Shown piece after piece: positions 38,495 to 44,875 of a stretch of DNA of 59,089 nt. The stretch spans positions 1-59,089 of IMG/VR virus record IMGVR_UViG_3300012936_000014. One strand, given 5' to 3'. Under the pieces are notes generated by a model, which saw nothing but the letters and a program-made list of their open reading frames with translations, was not told the DNA's origin and searched no databases. A program made the position numbers and the translations under genes. Positions within the stretch are counted from its first letter, which is position 1, and each line of letters opens with the position of its first letter. Source of the DNA: a virus (lineage: Duplodnaviria > Caudoviricetes).

Positions 38495-39787
38495 TCAAGA
38501 AACCTTGAGTAGGATGGTTTCAGGATTTATTCTTCCATTTAGCTTTGTATCTGTAGTAGGTATCTCTTCGATAAATTTACGTAATTTTACCTTGCCTGCA
38601 TCTTTGAACTGTTTAAGTTGTTCAGGTGGTTTCCTAAGTGTTTTCTGTATACTAAGTTTTTCGTCAAATCCTTGTATAGTTGTGCCTTTTACACTTAGTC
38701 CACTTCCGTCTCTTTGCATACCTTTAGGATCTATATTGCTTGCAACATATTTGCCAATTTTTCTATTTTTTACATTGAATACCCAAAGCTCACTTGCACC
38801 AATTATTTGTGCAGGATCAATACTTGCAAGTTTGTATTTGTCGTCTACTTTTAGATATTTTAATTTTGCTACTAGTTTATCAGCACTATAAACTTTTGGC
38901 TTACGAGGTTTACGTGTTGCTTTTGCACTATCAATAACAAAGTCTAGTGCGGCAATAAGTTCACCTATAGCAATCCTGTAGTTTTTAATATCTGCTTTTT
39001 TAATATGTGCATAACCTTCTTTTAATTGTGCCCATTGATCAGCTTCAAACTCGCTCATTTTTTTTAGTTGTCCTGCTGTTGGCATTCGTTCTAATTCATT
39101 ATAGTCTACTAAAGCATCTACATAAAACGTTTTCAATTTGCGAGCATGGGCTTGAGTTACACCTTTGTCTGCAAAGTGTTTTTTGAAGTCGAACCCTTTC
39201 GGGTCAAATGACTTTGGGTCAACTAACCAACCTTCTAACCAATCTTCAATTGCTTCGCTTTGTATGTATGCTTGGTCACGTATACGCTCTTGTATAGTAG
39301 GTACATATACATCTTTCTTTGCCTTTTCTTCTTTTTGTTTGACTTCTACAACTTTGCTACCAACTTGAATTGCACGTTCAATGCGTTCTTTAAGAAACTT
39401 TGTGGCGGGTTGTGTAGTACCCATTGTGCCTGGAAGACTTTCCCAGTATTCTGCTTCTTTAGGATTGTAGTCTGGCATACCGTCTAACAGTTGCTTTGCA
39501 ACAATAGCGGCAGTTATACTTAATTCATAAGTAGGTGCGGCCTTAGCATGTTTAATTTGTTCTTTTGTATAGCCGTTGTCAGCCATCCATTTGTATGTGT
39601 GTGGATACAAATCTGTTGCTTTATAGTTTTCATAATAAAAAGAACGACTTGCATCACGAAATCTATGATACTTTTGACCATCCCAATCTTGCCAACCGTC
39701 CCAACTAGGTGCTTTAAGTTTATCACCTCGCCTTACTCTTGGCGCTCCTCTGACAACTTTCTTCTTTGTTCGTTTTGGTAATGCCAT
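38495..39787 (-). CDS. Hypothetical protein
   Basis: 430-aa Lys-rich ORF with AGGAG SD and its own promoter. Confidence 0.75.
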   Translation of the reverse strand: MALPKRTKKKVVRGAPRVRRGDKLKAPSWDGWQDWDGQKYHRFRDASRSFYYENYKATDLYPHTYKWMADNGYTKEQIKHAKAAPTYELSITAAIVAKQLLDGMPDYNPKEAEYWESLPGTMGTTQPATKFLKERIERAIQVGSKVVEVKQKEEKAKKDVYVPTIQERIRDQAYIQSEAIEDWLEGWLVDPKSFDPKGFDFKKHFADKGVTQAHARKLKTFYVDALVDYNELERMPTAGQLKKMSEFEADQWAQLKEGYAHIKKADIKNYRIAIGELIAALDFVIDSAKATRKPRKPKVYSADKLVAKLKYLKVDDKYKLASIDPAQIIGASELWVFNVKNRKIGKYVASNIDPKGMQRDGSGLSVKGTTIQGFDEKLSIQKTLRKPPEQLKQFKDAGKVKLRKFIEEIPTTDTKLNGRINPETILLKVS

Positions 39788-39811
39788 TGTACTCTCCTGA
39801 TTGTTTATAGC

Positions 39812-39840
39812 AGTATATAGCAAAGGTTGTATTGTGTCAA
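39812..39840 (-). promoter_or_regulatory. Sigma70-type promoter
   Basis: TTGACA-N17-TATACT. Confidence 0.7.
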
Positions 39841-39850
39841 GAAAAAATGA

Positions 39851-39937
39851 CTAGATAATGCCTATCCAGTGTGTGCAATCATCGCATGGATCGTCAACGT
39901 GGGTTGCTTGCCACATCAATATTTCCTCTCTAGTCAT
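39851..39937 (-). CDS. 28-aa microprotein (not in the ORF track)
   Basis: MTREEILMWQATHVDDPCDDCTHWIGII; TAATG coupling to the upstream gene. Confidence 0.4.
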   Translation of the reverse strand: MTREEILMWQATHVDDPCDDCTHWIGII

Positions 39938-40125
39938 TAGTGAAGGTCAGGATCTCTACCAAGACCTTTTACTGTATAAATTCGTTCTTCTTGAATTTCG
40001 TATGTCTCGGTAGGATTTTGCTCTTTGAGAAAGCCAACTACAGTTTTTGCATGTTCTTCGTCTGGTAGATTGCTTTCAATAACGTTATTGCGAGAATCCA
40101 CAATATGATATTTAAATGTAGCCAT
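39937..40125 (-). CDS. Hypothetical protein
   Basis: 62-aa ORF; TAAATA 4 nt upstream. Confidence 0.65.
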   Translation of the reverse strand: MATFKYHIVDSRNNVIESNLPDEEHAKTVVGFLKEQNPTETYEIQEERIYTVKGLGRDPDLH

Positions 40126-40171
40126 CAGTTATTTAATAGACTAAACATTACAATAAACTATGCTGATAATA

Positions 40172-40447
40172 CTAACCTTCTTTTTCGAGGTCCCAATACA
40201 CTTTATTAGGTGGTGACGCAGGGCTATGCTTACGAACATTAGAAAAAACCTTCCAAGTTGCAAACACCATTGTGATCAAAAGTATATGACCAATAATGCT
40301 ATATCCTATAAACAACAATTCAGCTGTATATATTCCAAACGCAACACACCAGAAAGATGCTAGTATAATACTAATCATAAATTTATATTCTGGTGGCGAT
40401 TCTCTTAATCCATTTTTATTAGGATTTAAAATATCAAATAGTATCAT
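40172..40447 (-). CDS. Small membrane protein
   Basis: Two hydrophobic segments; AAGGAG SD. Confidence 0.65.
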   Translation of the reverse strand: MILFDILNPNKNGLRESPPEYKFMISIILASFWCVAFGIYTAELLFIGYSIIGHILLITMVFATWKVFSNVRKHSPASPPNKVYWDLEKEG

Positions 40448-40553
40448 TTAGAAATCTCCTTCAATACCATTAATGGTGTAAGTTTTTCCTTTGAACCCAC
40501 TATCCATTTTTTCTTTGTCAGACATTCCTTCGCCATCAATTCTTTGTTTGTGA

Positions 40554-41876
40554 TTAAATTTTTTCTCCTGCTTCAAATCCTCGGAAGGTTTTGAATCTTG
40601 GGAACCTGAGACTATACGTTTCAGAATCTTGAGACTTCGTTCTAGCATCTGCTCTTATCTCAACTAGCTGACCAACGAGACTATCACGTTCAGTCCAGTA
40701 CTCATCACGTTGAGCATCAGTGAAGCCGCTCCCACAGTTAAGGCGATAATTGTATCCATCGTCTTCTCCTTCTACAATAATGGCACCTAATCTTCCTTCA
40801 TTACGGCCTGTGCCTTCTTCAACCGCAACAACACTTAATGTAATCTCAATAAACGGTTTTGCCTTTAACCAACTATGCGTTCTTTTGCACTCATAAGGTG
40901 CATCTACATCTTTGATCATTACACCTTCGTAACCACCGTCTACAGCCGCTTTATTAAGCTCTATAAAGCGTTCTTGACCTTCAGCAGTACTTAGATCTAC
41001 ATCTTCCCATTCAAGTGCTTGTACGTGCTGTAAAACGCTTTCATTCTGTTCTACCCAAGCCTTAACTGCCTGACTTCTAAATGACTGTGGTTTGTCCCAA
41101 ATACCTTTTTGGAAGTCTGCTAGTGGACACATATCAAACAAGTGTAAGACTGCGTCATCTGACTGCTTGCCATCCTTACGATGCACCTGCTTCATAAGGT
41201 CTTGGAAGTTAGCACTCATTACTTCGCCATCTAATACAAGATCATATGGCGCAGGCTTTTGTGCAATCACTTCTTCAATCTCTGCAATAATGTGGCCAAA
41301 GTTATGAAACTGCTTACCGTTACGTGAAAACATTTCTACTTTGTCGCCACGGATGATTGTAATAACACGAACACCATCAAGTTTAATTTCAATCTGTTTC
41401 TTACCTACCATTTTCTTTTCATGGTTAGCACTATCATGTGCAAGTGGACAAGTAAACACAGGAATAGCATATTGCGGAAACTTTTTAGCAATCTTATTCA
41501 CTGTCTTTTCTGATACACCACAACGTAGATCTTTAATTAAAATACGTCTGTAAAACATATTCCATTGTTCTGTAGTTGCCACACTCATTGCAAGTTCAAT
41601 TGCATCACGTGCCGCATGTCCTGTAAGCTCTCTATTTATAAGCTGATTTGCTAGTGTTTTAAAATTATCCCAGGATAGTCCTTGTCCTGTCAGTACATCT
41701 GTACGTTCTGGTACTTGCTTTACACCAAATGTTACAAGCGGATCCAGTGCCATCTTGACACCTTCAAAAAATTCATCTAAGCCCTCAGTCATAGCTTCTT
41801 CTATCACTGCTTCTTTTGCAAGTCTAGAATTATCTGCCTCTAGTTTTTCAATTATTGTTTGTGGTTGTGTTCTCAT
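40554..41876 (-). CDS. ATP-dependent DNA ligase
   Basis: KLDGVR (motif I), LDGEV, FD, EGVMIK, WLKAK, CGSGFT, LRFPRF. Confidence 0.95.
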   Translation of the reverse strand: MRTQPQTIIEKLEADNSRLAKEAVIEEAMTEGLDEFFEGVKMALDPLVTFGVKQVPERTDVLTGQGLSWDNFKTLANQLINRELTGHAARDAIELAMSVATTEQWNMFYRRILIKDLRCGVSEKTVNKIAKKFPQYAIPVFTCPLAHDSANHEKKMVGKKQIEIKLDGVRVITIIRGDKVEMFSRNGKQFHNFGHIIAEIEEVIAQKPAPYDLVLDGEVMSANFQDLMKQVHRKDGKQSDDAVLHLFDMCPLADFQKGIWDKPQSFRSQAVKAWVEQNESVLQHVQALEWEDVDLSTAEGQERFIELNKAAVDGGYEGVMIKDVDAPYECKRTHSWLKAKPFIEITLSVVAVEEGTGRNEGRLGAIIVEGEDDGYNYRLNCGSGFTDAQRDEYWTERDSLVGQLVEIRADARTKSQDSETYSLRFPRFKTFRGFEAGEKI

Positions 41877-41907
41877 AGTTGCCTCTCTTCATTGCCTAAT
41901 TTTATAC

Positions 41908-41935
41908 ATTATAACACAATATACTTATATGTCAA
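41908..41935 (-). promoter_or_regulatory. Sigma70-type promoter for DNA ligase
   Basis: TTGACA-N16-TATAAT. Confidence 0.7.
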
Positions 41936-41942
41936 CCGAAAT

Positions 41943-42016
41943 TGGACACCTAGGAGGGAATCGAACCCCCATACACGGAGTTGCAGTCCGTTGCATAGCC
42001 ATTCTGCCACTAGGTG
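41943..42016 (-). tRNA. tRNA-Cys (GCA)
   Basis: Acceptor CACCTAG/CTAGGTG; anticodon arm ACGGA-CTGCAAC-TCCGT; TTCGA loop; U73; encoded CCA. Confidence 0.95.
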
Positions 42017-42017
42017 T

Positions 42018-42091
42018 TGGCATCGGTGCAGGGAGTCGAACCCCGGCTTTCAGTTTTGGAGACTGACGTGCTACCGTAACACTTCACCGAC
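42018..42091 (-). tRNA. tRNA-Trp (CCA)
   Basis: Acceptor GTCGGTG/CACCGAT; anticodon arm TCAGT-CTCCAAA-ACTGA; G73; encoded CCA. Confidence 0.95.
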
Positions 42092-42126
42092 AAAAAAAGC
42101 CCCTAACAAATTAATGCTAGGGGCTT
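42092..42126 (-). terminator. Intrinsic terminator (attenuator 3:4 hairpin) immediately upstream of tRNA-Trp
   Basis: AAGCCCCTAGCA-TTAATT-TGTTAGGGGCTT with a 7-T run ending at the first base of the tRNA. Confidence 0.9.
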
Positions 42127-42168
42127 GTTGACGTCTTTTTAAAATTCACGTCAAGACATACCCCTAAC
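42116..42168 (-). promoter_or_regulatory. Antiterminator (2:3) hairpin of the attenuator
   Basis: GTTAGGGG...TTGACGT (42168-42148) pairs with ACGTCAA...CCCCTAGC (42134-42116), which sequesters the terminator 5' arm. Confidence 0.8.
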
Positions 42169-42211
42169 TCGGAGGCCAACAAGTAATGTTTGTTGTGTTA
42201 GTCTTGATCAT
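42164..42211 (-). CDS. 15-aa leader peptide MIKTNTTNITCWPPS with adjacent Cys-Trp codons
   Basis: ATG ATC AAG ACT AAC ACA ACA AAC ATT ACT TGT TGG CCT CCG AGT TAG; AAGGA SD 8 nt upstream; the stop codon lies inside the antiterminator 5' arm. Confidence 0.8.
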   Translation of the reverse strand: MIKTNTTNITCWPPS

Positions 42212-42240
42212 GTAAATATTCCTTCTTTGTTTATAATACT

Positions 42241-42269
42241 AATATAGTACATCTATTTATGAAAGTCAA
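42241..42269 (-). promoter_or_regulatory. Sigma70-type promoter driving leader peptide, tRNA-Trp and tRNA-Cys
   Basis: TTGACT-N17-TATATT. Confidence 0.7.
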
Positions 42270-42287
42270 CCTTTTTTGGCAAAAAAT

Positions 42288-42388
42288 TGGCTCTGGGGGA
42301 AGGACTCGAACCTCCACGCTAAATATATTGCAGTACATTTGGCACACGAGAAACAATCGTGCGTGTCTACCATTTCCACCACCCCAGA
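42288..42388 (-). tRNA. Atypical 101-nt tRNA: GUU (Asn) anticodon on a Leu-like class II body with a long variable arm
   Basis: TCTGGGG/CCCCAGA acceptor, G73, CCA; D arm GTGGAAATGGTAGACAC; CACGA-TTGTTTC-TCGTG; 29-nt variable region; GGAGG-TTCGAGT-CCTTC. Confidence 0.85.
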
Positions 42389-42392
42389 TCGG

Positions 42393-43238
42393 TTATGCCG
42401 CTATCTTTTTACTTTGTTCTAAAAGATCTAAAGCGGCAATCATTCTTGTCATTCCTATTCCGCCGCCAACTCTTTCAAAGAAGTCGAACTCTAAAAACTT
42501 TTCAAGTTCTGCTTCAACTCTATCTTTGCCAAATAGTTCGTATAATAGATTACTGTAAGCACCATTAGTAATAGTATGAAATGTGTTTCTCATTTGATCT
42601 ACATCAGTTGAACGCTCTGCAGATCCTATTGTTTCCATTCCACCTAGTATCACATCTATTTTCTTACTGCTATCGCCATCGTCATTTCTGCTCATATTCC
42701 AAAAAGGTGATGTCATTTCAGGAAAGTCTGTGATCATTGCAGTATCAAATTGTTCATACATTTTAGTTTCATGCTCTGCTTCTAGTTCGTCACTTGCACT
42801 CAATTCAAAATGTGTTTGCCATTGTCTGTAAGTTTTTTCTGTAGGTTTTGTAAAACCTAGGTATTCAACTAATTCATACTCCATCTTTTTAAGATCGTTT
42901 ATGTCACCTGGCATTTCAAATTCAAACATTGGAAATATTATATCGTGTCTGCCTGGTATAGCATTAGGCTCTTGTCTGTAAGATGTGCTGACACAAAAAA
43001 AGCCCTTTGCATCGGGCTGTGAAAGTAATTCATGTTCTAACCACATTTGGCCTGTTTGCGGCAACGGCCACACTTGGCCTGCGTAATTGTATGTTGCTAC
43101 ATTGAATGGGTCTTCACATGCGGCAAGTATACTTAATCTATTTTGTGTATGTACTTCTTGGAAACCTTTGTCCAAAAAAAATGACCTTAAAAGGCCAACT
43201 GTTTTAGTAAATTTACTTGGGTTTATGAGTTGTGTCAT
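42393..43238 (-). CDS. Class IIb (Asn/Asp) aminoacyl-tRNA synthetase catalytic-core paralog lacking the anticodon-binding domain (AsnRS-like/asparagine synthetase-like)
   Basis: Motif 1 FFLDKGFQEVHT near the N-terminus; motif 2 YRQE...GRH...FPMFEFE; ETIGSAER; motif 3 GGGIGMTR; 281 aa. Confidence 0.85.
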   Translation of the reverse strand: MTQLINPSKFTKTVGLLRSFFLDKGFQEVHTQNRLSILAACEDPFNVATYNYAGQVWPLPQTGQMWLEHELLSQPDAKGFFCVSTSYRQEPNAIPGRHDIIFPMFEFEMPGDINDLKKMEYELVEYLGFTKPTEKTYRQWQTHFELSASDELEAEHETKMYEQFDTAMITDFPEMTSPFWNMSRNDDGDSSKKIDVILGGMETIGSAERSTDVDQMRNTFHTITNGAYSNLLYELFGKDRVEAELEKFLEFDFFERVGGGIGMTRMIAALDLLEQSKKIAA

Positions 43239-43312
43239 TTCTTTTTCCTTTTCTGAATTTCAACCTAAAAAAAATTTGCTCAAAAAAAATTTGAGCTTAT
43301 TCTTAAATCAGT

Positions 43313-43477
43313 TTATTTATCATTTTCCTTGTCCGCCCTGCCTTTTTCTCCACAGTGCGGACAATGGAAGGTAAATCTTTCTATGCACATCCGGTCCTCC
43401 ATAGTTGCGTATGTAAACCAGTTGCTACACTTTTTGCATGTTAGGTGCCATATGATTTCTTTTACGGCTTTGAACAT
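43313..43477 (-). CDS. 54-aa zinc-ribbon protein (not in the ORF track)
   Basis: MFKAVKEIIWHLTCKKCSNWF...FHCPHCG; TAAATA upstream. Confidence 0.7.
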   Translation of the reverse strand: MFKAVKEIIWHLTCKKCSNWFTYATMEDRMCIERFTFHCPHCGEKGRADKENDK

Positions 43478-43492
43478 CTTGTGAGTATTTAT

Positions 43493-43852
43493 CTACTCGT
43501 GTTCTCCACCTGGATCTTCTTTAGGTAACTTTACTCTTTTCCCATCAATCCACATGTAGCCTCTGTTTCGACTAGGAGTGCTTGTGGGAAATTCTGTAAA
43601 AAATGTAGGCTTATTTTTCGCTAGTTCAAATGTACCTACTGTTATTGCAATAGCACCAAGTAATGCTACGTGAGCAACAGCACTTATACCAAAAACCCAA
43701 AAACTACCTACGTAAAAACTGAACACGATACACCACATCCAAGCAAGTACCTGCAATACCATGTGTCTGGCTTGAAGATCTGGAATATGCCTTAGCGGAT
43801 TTACTTCTGCATTCATTACACTGTTCCAACTAGTATAAACAAATTCTCTCAT
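43493..43852 (-). CDS. Membrane protein
   Basis: Two TM segments (LQVLAWMWCIVFS..., HVALLGAIAITVGTF). Confidence 0.7.
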   Translation of the reverse strand: MREFVYTSWNSVMNAEVNPLRHIPDLQARHMVLQVLAWMWCIVFSFYVGSFWVFGISAVAHVALLGAIAITVGTFELAKNKPTFFTEFPTSTPSRNRGYMWIDGKRVKLPKEDPGGEHE

Positions 43853-43854
43853 TT

Positions 43855-44028
43855 TTATCTCCCAAAAAATTTTCTTGCAGTATTGATAGGATTTTTTAAA
43901 CCTTCATAAGTTTCATCAATAAATCCTATATGTTTACTTAGTTTAACATCAAGTCTATCAATTGTCGACTGTAATTTGTCTACTTTATCAATCAATTTTT
44001 TCAATTTCTTTTCTAACTCTTTATCCAT
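43855..44028 (-). CDS. Small coiled-coil protein
   Basis: Start moved to MDKELEKK, downstream of tRNA-Leu. Confidence 0.6.
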   Translation of the reverse strand: MDKELEKKLKKLIDKVDKLQSTIDRLDVKLSKHIGFIDETYEGLKNPINTARKFFGR

Positions 44029-44043
44029 TGTCTCGCTCTGTGT

Positions 44044-44127
44044 TGGTGCCCATGGAGGGACTCGAACCCCCACGCCGTAAGCACAGGTACCTAAAACCTG
44101 CGTGTCTACCAATTTCACCACATGGGC
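44044..44127 (-). tRNA. tRNA-Leu (TAG)
   Basis: GCCCATG/CATGGGC acceptor; CAGGT-TTTAGGT-ACCTG; variable arm; A73; CCA. Confidence 0.95.
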
Positions 44128-44315
44128 TATGTAGAAGTTGAACCAATTGGTTTACATTCATATCTTACAGTATCCCAATCACCGTCTGTTGGAAGTTCAG
44201 TGTAAACTTTTAGCATCTTATCACATTCTGTTTTAGAATCAAACCATTGTATGTCTTGATCAAGACAAGTTGATCCTAAACATACGGTTAACAAAATGTG
44301 CCAAATCACTTCCAT
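44127..44315 (-). CDS. Small Cys-containing hypothetical protein
   Basis: 62-aa ORF with a hydrophobic N-terminus, SD and its own promoter. Confidence 0.65.
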   Translation of the reverse strand: MEVIWHILLTVCLGSTCLDQDIQWFDSKTECDKMLKVYTELPTDGDWDTVRYECKPIGSTST

Positions 44316-44336
44316 ATTACTTCCTATTATTTACGT

Positions 44337-44365
44337 ACTATAACACCTTTTTATTATTGTGTCAA
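44337..44365 (-). promoter_or_regulatory. Sigma70-type promoter
   Basis: TTGACA-N17-TATAGT. Confidence 0.7.
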
Positions 44366-44875
44366 GTATTTTTTTTTGGTCATCCTATATGTCATAAAAG
44401 TTCTTTCTTTTCCATGTTCATGTAATTTAAGTGTTTCATCATACACATGGGTGAATCCAAGTTTTTCAGTTGCACGTTGATTACGTTTGTTATCATGCGT
44501 CATATGAATATGCACGTTGTCATAATATTTAAATGCATGGTCTATTAATAAAAAACGGAAACTGTGATTGTATGTTCCTCCCCAATATTGTCTACCTAAA
44601 AAAGTACTGCCCATATAAAGTCTATCCTGCACAGTATAATATCTTGTTGTGCCTATCTGCGTGTTATTATTATTTTCAAGTATACAAAAACTTTTTCCTG
44701 TACTAAGTAAATGATTAAAAAATCTAGTAAACGGTTTTAATTCATACCTGTTTTTGGCAGGCATGCCTTCCCATATAAGCGGGTCTTTGGCTACAGCATA
44801 GAGAGGCCAATAATCGTCTTGCACCAATGGCCTTACTGTTACTAAATCATTTTTAAGTGTTGGTTGAAAATTCAT
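44354..44875 (-). CDS. GNAT (RimJ/RimL-type) acetyltransferase-like protein
   Basis: IGTTRYY, GSTFLGRQYWGGTYN, NKRNQRATEKLG. Confidence 0.8.
   Translation of the reverse strand: MNFQPTLKNDLVTVRPLVQDDYWPLYAVAKDPLIWEGMPAKNRYELKPFTRFFNHLLSTGKSFCILENNNNTQIGTTRYYTVQDRLYMGSTFLGRQYWGGTYNHSFRFLLIDHAFKYYDNVHIHMTHDNKRNQRATEKLGFTHVYDETLKLHEHGKERTFMTYRMTKKKYLTQ

Noticed and set aside
40448-40648. 66-aa ORF overlapping the ligase 3' end
   Set aside because: The start is uncertain and the overlap is long; only a shorter version (TTG at 40576 or a later ATG) is plausible, and there is no supporting motif.
42092-42126. Terminator read as simply the end of the upstream synthetase-tRNA transcript
   Set aside because: A separate promoter, an SD-led ORF and a competing antiterminator lie between that unit and the hairpin; a constitutive terminator there would cut tRNA-Trp/Cys off from any promoter.
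42328-42333. Variable-arm loop CUGCAA resembling a second (Cys) anticodon loop
   Set aside because: The best pairing gives a 6-nt loop; forcing a 7-nt loop breaks the stem, so this is probably coincidence.
42288-42388. The long tRNA as tRNA-Sec, a suppressor tRNA or an intron-containing tRNA
   Set aside because: The anticodon is GUU, not UCA or CUA; the acceptor stem is 7 bp; the extra sequence is a hairpin in the variable-arm position, not an insertion in the anticodon loop.
44029-44121. N-terminal extension of ORF 43855-44121
   Set aside because: It runs through the tRNA-Leu gene; the plausible start is the ATG at 44028.
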